The notes under the pieces are model-generated. The model had not been told where the DNA came from. It was given only the letters and a program-made list of their open reading frames with translations, and did no database searches. Positions 1-14,546 of a stretch of 64,000 bases of DNA are shown here, in pieces. Positions within the stretch are counted from its first letter, which is position 1. Each line of letters starts with the position of its first letter. The DNA comes from Octopus vulgaris (taxonomy: Eukaryota), in NCBI GenBank assembly GCA_951406725.2, contig OX597831.1:5890001-5954000 (forward strand). The letters run 5' to 3'. Made by a program: the position numbers and the translations under genes.

Positions 1-1085
1 ATACTGATATTTACGAAGGTATGTATACAGATCTGTATGTGTGTGTGCGTGTATATGTACATGTGCGTGGGTGTATGTGCGTGCGTGCGTGCGCGTGTGT
101 GTATGCGTGTGTGTACGTGCACGTGCGTGCGTGCCTGCGTGTTATGTTCGAGGGCAGAACGAATGAAAAGCAACGAACGTATAAAGCAGCGTATAGAGAC
201 TGCTGATCACTGCCTTCAATTATCATTTGATATTGAAAGACAATTTAATGGAAATGGAGGGGAAGAAGAAGAAGAAGAAAAAAAAGAAAGGAAAAACAAA
301 CAAAACGAAAGCGAAAGCGAAAGCGAAACCAGAAACAAAATCAAAGATATTTTATCAAACAGGAAATTGGCAATTTTTGTTTAGGATGACAGTTTTTTGG
401 CAGCAGGCAGTATCGATCTTTTGACGGCATCTAACTATACGTTGCATATTTAGTTGAATGAAGATGTGCTGACATAAAAATAAGAATGACACGATTTTAT
501 TTACCCCGGACGGTAAGTGGAGCTAAAGGTGACGTGGTAAGCCAGAGATTTAATTGCTTTTGTGCTCTTCTAATTAGGTCGTTGTCGTTGTTATTCTTTT
601 TGTATTCTTTCATAACCCAGATAAAACAGATTGTGGTGTTGCTGATTTTCCGAGGTTTTAATGATACATGTTCTTCAAGGCATGGAGATAGAATGATAGT
701 ATGATTAATAAGTTCGCTTATGCGCATCTATGGTTAAGTTCTTAATTATAAACGAACTTGCTTTCTAATTTGTAATATTAGAGCATTTAATTTGGAGAGA
801 CGAATGTCGGCAAACAACGACGGTGTAATGGAAGCACTTTAGTGTAGCAGATACAGATGTTCCGTGGTTCGAGTCTCAAATCCCACAGATAGCTTTCTAT
901 CAGTTTTTTAATTTTTTTTCCTGTTCAAGGGGTTATTAACCTTGTGTATAATGAACTAATATTGATTGCTAGATTGGCATTCAAGATACGTTATTTATAG
1001 ATGACTTATTTACATAGTTATCGATGTCTACACTGATATATTCCGTGTGTGTGTATGTGTGTGTTTGGGTGCATGTATATATATA

Positions 1086-1123
<38 letters not shown>

Positions 1124-1143
1124 CATGTTTGGAAATATATGTG

Positions 1144-1208
<65 letters not shown>

Positions 1209-1310
1209 GTATGTATGTGTGTGTATGTTTATATAATTAAGTGGGTGCCTGTGTTTGTATGAGTGTCGGTGCATGTGTGTGTGTGTGTGCATGTATATAT
1301 ATATGTATGC

Positions 1311-1370
<60 letters not shown>

Positions 1371-1704
1371 CTGCACCTGTTGTATACGCCAATAAACTAA
1401 GGACACTCTGAAAGTAAGCGGATGGCGTATGCTTTATTAGAATGATACAAATGAATAAACAGACAAACAGACAGACAAAGAGGTAGGCAGACAGACAGAC
1501 AAAGAGGCAGGCAGACAGACAGCTACATACATGGTGACTGTGAACTTGCAGACGAGTATGATCATCACTGAGAAATTATTTTATCCTGCATATTAAAGAC
1601 AACAGCTGTCAGCAATGCTCGAGCAGAAATTCAAAGTCAATAACAGCTTGCAAACCACTGCTACGACTCTCACCTGCAGAGCCGAGTTGTCTAGAAACGA
1701 GAAG

Positions 1705-2100
1705 GTGGCGGCGCAATGGCCCAGTGGTTAGGGCAGCGGACTCGCGGTCATAGGATCGCGGTTTCGATTCCCAGACCGGGCGTTGTGAGTGTTTATTGAG
1801 CGAAAACACCTATAAAAGCTCCACGAGGCTCCGGCAGGAGATGGTGGTGATCCCTGCTGTACTCTTTCACCACAACTTTCTCTCACTCTTACTTCCTGTT
1901 TCTCTTGTACCTGTATTTCAAAGGGCCGGCCTTGTCACTCTCTGTGTCACGCTGAATATCCCCGAGAACTACGTTAAGGGTACACGTGTCTGTGGAGTGC
2001 TCAGCCACTTACACGTTAATTTCACGAGCAGGCTGTTCCGTTGATTGATTCGGATCAACCGGAACCCTCATCGTCGTAACCGACGAGTGCTTCCACACCA
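1705..2100 (+). mobile_element. SINE family C (tRNA-like head GGCGCAATGGCCCAGTGGTTAGGGCAGCGGACTCGCGG)
   Basis: A/B boxes (TGGCCCAGTGG; GGTTTCGATTCCC). Other copies at 3405-3785+, 26257-26350-, 29310-29615- and 55295-55575+. Confidence 0.88.
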
Positions 2101-2614
2101 GAAACGAGAAGGAACAAGATGTCCGGCTTCGCAATGAGGTGAGTGCTATTTCGAGTGTTACTTCGGGGTTTTCGTCTCCTAGAGAGATGACTAAACAAAA
2201 TCTAGAGAGTCACTCACTCCCAACAGTTGTTCGGACGTTGACTCTGCTGAATTCCTCCGTTCTTTGACAGGTTTTGTTTTTCGTCCTGTATGGAGTTCAA
2301 CCAAAAAATACTCTCCTTACCAAAGCACGCTTGGTAGGGTCGACAGTTTAGCCACCGTGGGCCCAATCATGCGACTAGTGATAGTGATCTATATGTGACT
2401 AACAGCACTAAGAATAATCTGACATAACATATATATACATACGAATACATATATATATACTCATATACGAGGTGGGGAGGTTGAAAGTTCCACTCTTTGG
2501 GTCCTTCTCGGATTCACATATTTATTGCAGCGGTCCTTCAGTTTTTCAAAGCCCTGTAAAATAACTCGGAAGGCTGGGCCTACAGCCAAGTCTTTCGCGA
2601 CACCCTTAAAGTCA

Positions 2615-2658
<44 letters not shown>

Positions 2659-2740
2659 TGTGTGCGTGCGTGTGTGTGCGTGCGTGTGTGTGTGTGTGCA
2701 TGTGTGTGTGTGCGTGTGTGTGTATATATTTGTATGCGTG

Positions 2741-2779
<39 letters not shown>

Positions 2780-2973
2780 CTATTGAAAAGGTTGCAAGAC
2801 GCAACGAAAATTTTAGGAAAATAAAAGTAAGAAACAAGTGGAAACTTTTACCGGTGAGTATGTTACATTATAAGGCAGTGAAAGAGAATGACTCCCCCCT
2901 CCCAGACACAACAGAATATGCTTCAACACACGAACTCACATAAAGAATCTTGCAAAACAAATCCAAAAACGAA

Positions 2974-3004
<31 letters not shown>

Positions 3005-3012
3005 TATGTATG

Positions 3013-3044
<32 letters not shown>

Positions 3045-5321
3045 TGTATGTATGTATGTGTGTATGTATGTATGTGTGTATGTATGTATGTATGTATGTA
3101 TGTATGTATGTGTGTATGTATGTATGTATGTATGTATGTATGTATGTATGTATGTATTTATGTGTGTGTGTCTTTGTGTCTGTGTTTTCCCCCACCACCG
3201 CTTGACAACCGATGTTGGTGCAATTAAGTCCCCGTAACTTAGTGGTTCGGCAAAAGAAACCAACAGAATCAGTACTAGGTTTAAAAAAAATAGTATTCGA
3301 CTAAAACCCTTCAAGGCGGTGCCCCAGCATGGCCGCAGTCAGATAACTGAAACAAGTAAAAGATAAAAGATAAAAAACATCTATCTCCTTACTCCTGCTC
3401 CGTGGAGGCGCAATAGCCTAGTGGTTAGAGCAGAGGACTCGTGGTCATAAGATCGCGGTTTCGATTCCCAGACCAGGCGTTGTGAGTATCTATTGATCGA
3501 AAACTCTTAAAAGCTCACATGGTTCCGGCAGGGGGGGCGACCCTGTTGTACTCTTTCACCACAACTTACTCTCAGTCTTTCTTCCTGTTTCTGTTGTGCC
3601 TGTAATTCAAAGGGCCAGCCTTGTCACACTCTCTGTATTGCTGAATCTCCCCGAAAACTACGTTAAGGGTACACGTGTCTGTGGAGTGCTCAGCCACTTT
3701 GCACGTTAATTCCACGAGCAGGTTGTTCCGTTGATCGGATCAACTGGAACCCTCGTCGTCGCAACCGACGGAGTGCCACAGAGTGCTCCTACTCCAATTG
3801 CTTGCTTTTATATTTCACCGTCTCCTTGAAAATGGAAAGCGTTTTCTTCCATTATTCATGGTCTTTAAAAATCCTTTGTATTAATCTGCTTCTATTTTCT
3901 GATGTATATATTTATATAAAGCTCTTTCAGAATAAATGGAATACTGGAAAACTCAGCCGATATGGATTTCGAGGTTATAATTAAATATCTAAAAACGATC
4001 ATAATGAATGTAAAAGGGGTGGATTTCAATTTTGAATCACTTGAAGTATTGCTTCATACAGACGGTGAAAGTAAAGGAAATCAGAATAACCATAATTATC
4101 TCTTAGCAACTCCTCAGAACGGACACAGGCATGGCTCAGTAGTTGAGAAGTTTATTTCATAACATGAGGTTCCTAGTTCGATCTCATTATGTACCTTCTT
4201 GGTCAAGTGTTTTTTGGGGTTTTTTTTTTCTTTTCTGTAGCCTCTAGTCACTCACTTCCTGTGTGTGAAATTGTGTGGACAGAATTTGATGTCTACAGTA
4301 TTAGGCAAATGTAAACACGCCGGATATAGACATCTTGAGTTTGTCATTTTAATAAAAAAAATAATAATAATAAATGCGCCCTTTTAAAGCCTAGCCAGGC
4401 TCATGGGCCCGGTTTCCCGGTTTCAATGGCGTATGTGTTCCCTAGCTGGACGGGACGCCAGTCCATCGCAGCTGAGTAGTTTGGAGCAACGTGAAACGAA
4501 GTGTTTTGCTCAAGAACACTCTTTTGCTTGTTTCAGTCATTTGACTGCGGCCATACTGGAGCACCGTCTTTAGTCGAGCAAATCGACCCCAGGACTTATT
4601 CTTTGTAAGCCTAGTACCTATTCTATCGGTCTCTTTTGCCGAACCGCCAAGTTACGGGGACGCAAACACGCCAGCATCGGTTGTCAAGCGATGTTGGGTG
4701 GAGGGGGACAAATACAGACACACAAACACACACATGTATACATATACATATGTATACATGACAGGCTTCTTTCAGTTTCCGTCTATCATATCCATTCACA
4801 AGGCTTTTGTCGGCCCGAGGCTATAGTAGAAGACACTTGCCCAAGGTGCCACGCAGTGGGGCTGAACCCGGAACCATGTGGTTGGTAAGGAAGCTACTTA
4901 CCACACAGCCACTCCTGTGAGCGATAAGTGCATAGACCCAGAATATTCGGATATGTGCATCTTTTTTATCCTAATTTTCTTTTATTTCCTCCCCTTGGGT
5001 TTTTCTTTCTTTCTTCAACGTCATCACATGCCAAGCAAATATCGACCACAAGCTGATATAGTTAAACAGCGATAGAAAAGTCACTGATGTCACATTTAGT
5101 CGGCAGACTGGACAAAAAAGTTCCTTGTTGGCGATGGAAGCAGGATTAGTTCAAGATTAGCGAACGCTGTACATATCTGAAGTGTGCATGCGATTGAAAG
5201 CCTTCAAGACTGTCTCCTTTCTTATGGTGATGTAGAATATTTGCTACTGATAAGGCGAACGAGTAGAAATCTAGATCTAACAACTCTACTGCTTCTGATA
5301 GGCGACCGTCGCCTGCCACCG

Positions 5322-5413
<92 letters not shown>

Positions 5414-5722
5414 ACTCGCGCGTAAGTGTGTTTTAAGGCTTTATGTCTATAAGAAATACTTGCTCAAGGCGAACATCACAGTTTAGAAGACTTTGAATAG
5501 AATACACACTTTGAGCTATATGTGTGTGTACATGTATGTATGTATGTATGTATGTATGTATGTATATGCATCGTTCTCTCTTGCCAAATCCCTAAGTTAC
5601 GTGGACGTAAACAAAGCAACACCAGTTGTCAAGCGGTGATGTGCGATAAACACAAAGACATGCACACAAACACGCACTCACACGCATACACATACATACA
5701 CACACACACAGAATGAATGTGC

Positions 5723-5769
<47 letters not shown>

Positions 5770-5773
<4 letters not shown>

Positions 5774-6183
5774 CGTATATTTGCCATTTGAATATGGCTA
5801 ACCCCTAAGGGTGGATGCTACTGTAGTTTGTAGCCCCAGGAAGACACCTCCTCCAGCTGGCTATAGACACACTTTCTGTGCCCCATCAGTATTTGTGAAG
5901 GGAAGTCATCCTCCCCGTCTTTATTGACCTATCATCGGCGTGTGACAATCATAGTTGTCGACTTGAAACTCGAGTCCGTGTGTCCGTGAAGACGGGGAGG
6001 ATGACTTCCCTTCACAAATACTGATAAGGCACAGAAAGTGTGTCTATAGCCAGCTGGAGGAGGTGTCTTCCTGGGGCTACAAACTACAGTAGCATCCACC
6101 CTTAGGGGTTAGCCATATTCAAATGGCAAATATACGTCACGATGTGTTGCCGCTACTGTTTATAACTCGCTCTGAGATTTATC

Positions 6184-6186
<3 letters not shown>
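5770..6186. repeat. Palindromic insert in (TA)n (152-bp arms 5770-5921 and 5989-6140); probable inverted PLE pLTR with truncated hammerhead
   Basis: Arms differ at about 2 positions. The spacer holds the hairpin GACAA-TCATAG-TTGTC and GAAAC-TCGA-GTC (3' half of an HHR, 5965-5976). (TA)n on both sides. Confidence 0.85.
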
Positions 6187-6241
<55 letters not shown>

Positions 6242-6442
6242 AATCGCTGTAAGAACTAGATGTCTTGCGAGATAACTTGTTACCATTTCCTATGATATAT
6301 TTGAGTCGAACCTTCCCGTGTGTTTAGTTCATATCTACATAAAAATCATAGCACCGACTACTTGTCGAGCTGCTGTACACTTTCAGTGATTAAATATCTC
6401 GCCGACATCAACTAAAATTGAACTTCATGTACGTCTCTTTAC

Positions 6443-6487
<45 letters not shown>

Positions 6488-6842
6488 TCATATATGTGCA
6501 TATATATGTATAATGTGTGTATGTATACGCGAGTGTGTGTATGTGTGACGGAAGCATTAACACACACAACTAAATACTCTAACCCACATATTAACGAATA
6601 AGTGGATAAACAGACTACAGTCATTTCGATACAGCTGGATTATGAAGAGATAAAAGATTAAAGGATTACATAAGCTGATATTCTGATTAGCAGAAGCCTA
6701 TTTATTATAGTCGACCCATAACTGACACGAACAAGCGATGGACACGAATGTTATGCAAGTCTTCAGAATTGGTTGGTCCACCAATCCAAAGGGGATCTGA
6801 CGTAGACGAGTTGTCTTCAGAATTGGTGTATCTGAAATTAAA

Positions 6843-9074
6843 GGCGGCGAGCTGGCAGAATCGTTAGCACGCCGGGCGAAATGCTTAGCGGTATTTCGTC
6901 TGCCGTTACTTTCTGAGTTCAAATTCCGCCGAGGTCGACTTTACCTTTCATCCTTTCAGGGTCGATTAAATAAGTACCAGTTACGCACTGGGGTCGATGT
7001 AATCGACTTAATCCGTGTGTCTGTCCTTGTTTGTCCCCTCTGTGTTTAGCCCCTTATGGGTAGTAAAGAAATAGGTATTTCGTCTGCCGCTACGTTCTGA
7101 GATCAAATTTCGCCGAGGTCGACTTTACCTTTCATCCTTTCGGGGTCCATTAAATAAGTACCAGTTACGCACTGGGGTCGATGTAATCGACTTAATCCGT
7201 GTGTCTGTCCTTGATTGTCCCCTCTGTGTTTAGCCCCTTGTGGGTAGTAAAGAAATAGGTATATCTGAAATTCTTCATTCAAACAATTAACACGTCTCAT
7301 ATTCTGGGCAGAAGAAATGAAGATATTTCTACTACAGGCGCAGGCGCAGGCGTAACTGTTTGGTAAGAGACTTGCGTCGCAACCACATGGTTCCGGGTTC
7401 GGTGACACTGCGTGGCAACTTCGATGAATCAAAAATCACGAGAGCTAAAGTAATACTTTAATATCTATTTCTTTACTATCCACAAGGGGCTAAACACAGA
7501 GAGGACAAACAAGGACAGACAAACGGATTAAGTCGATTATATCTAACCCAGTGCGTAACTGGTACTTAATACTTAAGGCGGCGAGCTGGCAGAAACGTTA
7601 GCACGCCGGGCGAAATGCTTAGCGGTATTTCGTCTGCCGTTACGTTCTGAGTTCAAATTCCGCCGAGGTCGACTTTACCTTTCATCCTTTCAGGGTCGAT
7701 TAAATAAGTACCAGTTACGCACTGGGGTCGATGTAATCGACTTAATCCGTGTGTCTGTTCTTGTTTGTCCCCTCTGTGTTTAGCCCCTTATGGGTAGTAA
7801 AGAAATAGGTATTTCGTCTGCCGCTACGTTCTGAGATCAAATTTCGCCGAGGTCGACTTTACCTTTCATCCTTTCGGGGTCCATTAAATAAGTACCAGTT
7901 ACGCACTGGGGTCGATGTAATCGACTTAATCCGTGTGTCTGTCCTTGTTTGTCCCCTCTGTGTTTAGCCCTTGTGGGTAGTAAAGAAATAGGTATATCTG
8001 AAATTCTTCATTCAAACAATTAACACGTCTCATATTCTGGGCAGAAGAAATGAAGATATTTCTACAACAGGCGCAGGCGCAGGCGTAACTGTTTGGTAAG
8101 AGACTTGCGTCGCAACCACATGGTTCCGGGTTCAGTGACACTGCGTGGCAACTTCGATGAATCAAAAATCACGAGAGCTAAAGTAATACTTTAATATCTA
8201 TTTCTTTACTATCCACAAGGGGCTAAACACAGAGAGGACAAACAAGGACAGACAAACGGATTAAGTCGATTATATCTAACCCAGTGCGTAACTGGTACTT
8301 AATACTTAAGGCGGCGAGCTGGCAGAAACGTTAGCACGCCGGGCGAAATGCTTAGCGATATTTCGTCTGCGTTACGTTGTGAGTTCAAATTCCGCCGTGG
8401 TCGACTTTGCCTTTCATCCTTTCGGGGTCGATAAATTAAGTACCAGTTACGCACTGGGGTCGATATAATCGACTTAATACCTATGTCTGTCCTTGTTTGT
8501 CCCCTCTGTGTTTAGCCCCTTGTGGGTAATAAAGAAATAGGTACTTAATATCGATAACCTAAGAAGAAACTAAGTGGTTAATTGTTTGTGTAGAGATAAG
8601 GCCGGATGGTCATCTGTACGCAACTACAATTGCTTGTTAGTTTGTCTCTAAATGGCGCCGCCGTGTGGGACGAAAACTGCATCACAAATGAGAAACATGT
8701 CAAACTCGAAGAAAACTGTCTTAATCTAAGATTTAAGCAGCAGCCACTTCTTTCCGAAGCAAATGTCCAAAAGCGGTACACCAGTTTCCCAATTACAACT
8801 CGAATTTAAACATTAACGGTATTGCTAACAGTAGCTGGAAGGCGGCGAGCTGGCAGAAACGTTAGCACGCCGGGCGAAATGCTTAGTGGTATTTCGTCTG
8901 CCGTTACGTTCTGAGTTCAAATTCCGCCAAGGTCGACTTTGCCTTTCATCCTTTAGGGGTCGATTAAATAAGTACCAGTTAGGCACTGGGGTCGATATAA
9001 TCGACTTAATCCGTCTGTCTGTCCTTGTTTGTCTTCTCTGTGTTTAGCCCCTTGTGGGTAGTAAAGAAATAGGT
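6843..9074 (+). mobile_element. Cluster of SINE family A copies (tRNA-derived head GGCGGCGAGCTGGCAGAA, Meta-domain-like centre), including a ~733-bp tandem duplication
   Basis: Copies start at 6843, 7577, 8310 and 8841. B box GAGTTCAAATTCC, central GCCTTTCATCCTTTCGGGGTCGAT, tail TAGCCCCTTGTGGG..ATAAAGAAATA. Confidence 0.9.
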
Positions 9075-9330
9075 ATTGCTAACATTAAGTCAGCTTATAG
9101 TTGGATATAATACCCTTTAAAAGCAAAATATTTTTCAAAATGCAGGCATAAGGATAAAAGACAGAATGGGCTGGAAAAAAACAAGGAGACACGTGGGGGT
9201 CGTTGAAGAGGTCACGGGATATATGGTGAAAAATCTCCAGACATAGGAGATAAAATGAGAGCAATAATAAACAAGCGAAGAACGACTGTATAGTGCGTAT
9301 GTTTATTCGGCAAAAAATAAATTAAAAAAT

Positions 9331-9494
9331 AGGCGTAGGAGTGGCTGTGTGGTATGTAGCTTGCTTACCAGCCACATGGTTCCGGGTTCAGTCCCACTGT
9401 GTGACACCTTGGGCAAGTGTCTTCTACTATAGCCTTGGGCCGAGCAAAGCCTTGTGAGTGGATTTGGTTAACGGAAACTGAAAGAAGCCCGTCG

Positions 9495-9579
<85 letters not shown>

Positions 9580-9905
9580 ATATGTATGTATGTGAGTGTG
9601 TGTATATATATATACATATATATATATATATGAACGTGTGTATATATGTATATATATACATATATATATGTATGAACGTGTGTATATATGTTTGTGTGTC
9701 TGTGTTTGTCACCCAACATCACTTGATAACCGATGCTGGTGTGTTTACGTCCCCGTAACTTAGCGGTTCGGCAAAAGAGACCTATAGAATAAGTACTAGG
9801 CTTACAAAGAATAAGTCCTGGGGTCTATTTGCTCGACTAAAGGCGGTACTCCAGCATGGCCACAGTCATATGACTGAAACAAGTAAAAGAGTAAGAAGAG
9901 TAAAA
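9331..9905 (+). mobile_element. SINE family B (tRNA-derived, CORE-like, internal (TA)/(TG) microsatellite)
   Basis: Head GGAGTGGCTGTGTGGT...GGGTTCAGTCCC, CORE-like ACCTTGGGCAAGT, tail GACTGAAACAAGTAAAAGA. About 20 copies or fragments occur in the window (e.g. 4520-4917-, 22262-22695-, 28120-28618+, 46553-46945+). Confidence 0.9.
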
Positions 9906-10640
9906 AGAGCGACCATCCTGAAATTTAACAATAAGAATAAATACTTATTTACAAAATTCGGATTATGCTATAGCAGCAGTTCTAGAGCAAAAGCGTTAGC
10001 TGTATAGCATACTTAACGTAGGTTTGTCGGTCAAAGCAGGAAAATCTTGCTATTGGTACCACGTAACACAATACTACCTGTTCCGTGGTCGACGGCTAAA
10101 CGGGGTTCCCCCACCTCGTTTGTTAGTTGAGGAAGGTGTTGTGGACACTCTGAAGGACTAACAACAACACCTGTTAAATAAATGGATGAGCTCATTGCGG
10201 CCAACGGCCGTCTACTCGAGTGGTGTTTCGTAAAAATCTCTTGCGCGAGAGCTGCCAAACCGTGCAAATGGGTCCAATACCGTAGCCATGAAAACGCCAA
10301 TGAAAAACATACTGTGCTCTCGAGTTAGAGTCAACGTCTATGAGTGATGTGGATAGAACCAGAGGAAGATCATTGAAAAGCCAGAAGCTCAGTTTATCGT
10401 CCGAGGAAAACTAGAGACAGACAGATAGACAGACAGACAGACAGACAGACAAATTGAAGTAGACAGTTATAAGAAGCGACACACACACACACACTCTCTC
10501 TCTCTCTCTCTCACACACACACAAACGCACCCACACTTAGGTTGTAATGAGTTTAAGACAGCGGCTTCTAAAGACATTCAATGTTGGCGATCTGGAAGTT
10601 TAGTTTATTTCTCCTAGAAAATTATATTTAGTTACTAACA

Positions 10641-11046
10641 TATTTCTTTATTGCCCACAAGGGGCTAAACATAGAAAAGACAAACAAGAACAGACAAAGG
10701 GATTAAGTCGATTATATCGACCCCAGTGGTACTTTATTTATCGACCCCGAAAGGATGAAGAGCAAAGTCAACCTCGGCGGAATTTGAACTCAGAACGTAA
10801 CGGCAGACGAAATATTTCTTTATTACCCACAAGGAGCTAAACATAGAGGGGACAAACAAGGACAGACATAGGTATTAAGTCGATTACATCGACCCCAGTG
10901 CGTAACTGGTACTTAATTTATCGACCCCGAAAGGATGAAAGGCAAAGTCAACCTCGGCGGAATTTGAACTCAGAACGTAACGGCAGTCGAAATACTGCTA
11001 AGCATTTCGCCCGGCGCGCGCTAACGTTCTGCCAGCTCGCCGCCTT
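10641..11046 (-). mobile_element. SINE family A, tandem pair
   Basis: Reverse complement of the family A sequence. Confidence 0.85.
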
Positions 11047-11737
11047 ATTTTTAATTACTAATAACCGAATGACGTATTGTTTTAAAAAAAAACAAAAACA
11101 AAAATACACACATATACACACACAATTCTACTTCACAGTTAGGCGAAACGAAATCGATTCGAAAGTGACCGCGAGATCTGCAATACGTCTATTATTGGAA
11201 TTTTGCCCGGATGATAAACTTGCAGCTTCTGGCTTTTCAACGATACACCTACGTCAAGTATGTAGATAAAGATTTTAGTTATCCAGAAATTTATTCTATC
11301 CGTAAGATGGTTTCCTTCGTCTGGTTACCAATTCCAGTAGCAACAGTCGATAATTATAACTAGAGATACCATAATACTTGTACCAAACTATCATATTTGA
11401 CATGCAAGTTTTTGACTTGTGTCTATTAGAAATTCAAATTCTATCACATTTGTTGGTCCCAATCCACGAAATGTCATCATTATTAGAAAGCTGGAAATAA
11501 TGGTTGCGAGGAGCATCTAGCATTCATTGGTTCTTGAATTATTTCCCACCATAAATCATATTGCAGAAACCGTGTAAAAGGTGCGAAGAGTGTGGCCAAA
11601 GACTGAGGAGTGGCTCTGCAGTTCGAAGTTTGCTTGCCAGCCACGAGGTTTCCAGTTCAGTTGCATTTGCCCGGGGTCAGCCAAAGCCATGTAAGTGGAT
11701 GTGGTAGACGGAAACTGAAAGAAGCCCGACTTATGTG

Positions 11738-11780
<43 letters not shown>

Positions 11781-11881
11781 ATGCGTGCGTTTGTCCTCCA
11801 CTACAACTTGACAACCGGTGTTGGTTTGTTTATGTAATAACTTAGCAGCTCGTCACAAAAGAACGGTAGAATAAGTACTAC

Positions 11882-11935
<54 letters not shown>

Positions 11936-12320
11936 AGTACTGGTGTCGATTCGTTCGACTGAAACCCTTAAGGACGGTGCCCCAGCATGGCCGCAGTTCA
12001 AAGACTGAAACATGTAAAAGTTAGAAGTTATCGGAATAATTCTAGATATGCATAGAGTGTATCTGACACTCGGTTCACTTCATTATAGGTATAGCAGACA
12101 TGTATGGGAGACAGACGAGAGTTGAGCGAAAAGTAAATCCGTGGTAGGAGCAGGCTTGGTTGTGTGATTAAGAAGCCGGCTTCCTGAACATCTGGTCTTG
12201 AGTTCAGTCACGCAGCGAGGAAGTTTGGGCAAGAATCTTCTGCTATAGCCCCTGGCTGGCAAAAGCTATGCGAGTGGATTTGATAGACGGAAACTGAAAG
12301 AAGACTGTTGTATGTATAAA

Positions 12321-12629
12321 CTAGCAGTATCGCCCGGCGTTGCTCGGGTTTGTAAGGGAAATAACTATATAAGCATTTTTAGAGAGTTACTTCCCTTATA
12401 TAACCCGAGCAAAAATCATTAAAAATGCGGAAAAATGATGGTAAATTTATTTTTAATCGTAGACTCATCGTAGACGTGCGCTAATACCCAGAAGGGCTCG
12501 ATATGAATGACGACTATAAGATACCCGGTTTTGGTTAAACTGCACCGCAAAATGTGGAAGTAGTTAGGAATCTAAATCGGAGGAGACAGAGTCTCACACA
12601 CACAACTTAAATTTTATATATAAAGAAGA
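12321..12629 (-). mobile_element. Non-autonomous Helitron-like element
   Basis: Minus strand begins TC(TTCTTTATATATAAAA) and ends with hairpin CCCGAGCAACGCCGGG plus CTAG. Inserted between A and T with no TSD. Confidence 0.8.
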
Positions 12630-12740
12630 TATGCGATTTCTGTCGCAAATTTTAAACGTAATTTATGCTTATATATACATACATATATATATATATCAGT
12701 ATTTCGTTTGTGTGTTTGTGTGTGTGCGTGAGTGTGTGCG

Positions 12741-12803
<63 letters not shown>

Positions 12804-13391
12804 TGTGTACATGTATGTATAATGGATACTGGTGGTGGCTAAAGTCGTTTGTTAAAAAGTCACTTCCTATACATATACAAACGCACGCCAGCTCTGGCAG
12901 ACAAGCATACACACACACTGACACGCACACATACACACACACATGCACACACACACACACATACACACGCATACACTCAGCGTGTGCGTTATACATATAC
13001 AGAGACAGAGAGAGAGAGAGCGTAGTAAATATATAGAGAGAGACGGATAAAGTTTACAATGGGAAAAGACAGAAAAAGACAGACAGAGGTAAATGGACAA
13101 ACAGTTTATAAGATGCGATAGATACTCACGCATGCGCACACACAGACACACACAACATCCACTTAGGTAATCGTGAATTTAAGATGGCGGTTTCTAAAGA
13201 CATTCTATGTTGGCGATCTGGAAGTTGTGTTATTTCTTGTGGAAAATAATATTTTTTTTGATTACTATTAACCAAAAACTTTCTCCTTGGGATTCAGATT
13301 TCGAAAATCAAATCTGTTTTTCTTCAGAACGCAACATTTCTGAACCTTTCGGCGACATACACATACACATACGCGCATGCACTCTCATTTA

Positions 13392-13432
<41 letters not shown>

Positions 13433-13826
13433 AAATATATAAACATATATAAACATATGTATATATATATATAAATGAGTGTACATGTATATATATATAT
13501 ATTCATATATATATACATATATATATACATATATACATATATATATATACATATATACATATATATACACATACACGTATATATATATATGTGTGTGTGT
13601 GTGTGCGTCTGTATGTGTGTGTATATATATATACATATATATGTATATATATGTATATATATATATATATGCATGTATATATGCATATATATACATACAT
13701 ATATATATATATATACATACATACATATTTCTACAGACAGATAGATAGACAGATAGATAGATAGATAGACACGTGCATATGTGTGGAGAGATAACTACGT
13801 ATGGTTGTGTTTGTATAAGTGTCTAT

Positions 13827-13896
<70 letters not shown>

Positions 13897-14424
13897 ATAC
13901 ATGCGTATGAGCAGCTTTAGATATGTTCGAGTGTATCGATGCATCTGTAGATCCCAATGTCTGTTCAGCTCTCACCGTCCTCTTTGTTACATTTTCTACA
14001 ATTCTGTTTGTGAGAAGAAGAAAAAGGTGAATCAATAATTCTTGGCTATGGACAAAAACATGGAAAGGAAGGGTGGAAGGATGGACGGGTGGAATTTGGT
14101 GGAGTCGTGGCGTGGCGTGGCGGAGTGGTAGGTTGTATGGTGGAGTAGATAAGAAACGCTGTGGCAGCGTGTTGCCACAGAAGAAGGGTGGATTCGGTGG
14201 CGCCGTGCTCGAAAAGAAGGAGGGTGGATTTGGTGGTGGCGAGATTTTAAGGAGGTGGGTGTATGGAGAATCAGCGTTCTTCGATTTTTTCATGAATGAG
14301 AAGAAATCGACAAACGTTCCGGCATTGATATAAACACACATATATACATATATGTATTTATGCGTGTGCACGTGTGTGTGTGTGTGTATGTGTATGTGTG
14401 TACGTGTATGTATGTGTATATATG

Positions 14425-14488
<64 letters not shown>

Positions 14489-14503
14489 TAGGTAGATAGA
14501 TAT

Positions 14504-14546
<43 letters not shown>

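Noticed and set aside
1705-1780. tRNA-like sequences at SINE heads
   Set aside because: A/B boxes are present but there is no closed acceptor stem, and they continue into the SINE body in multiple copies.
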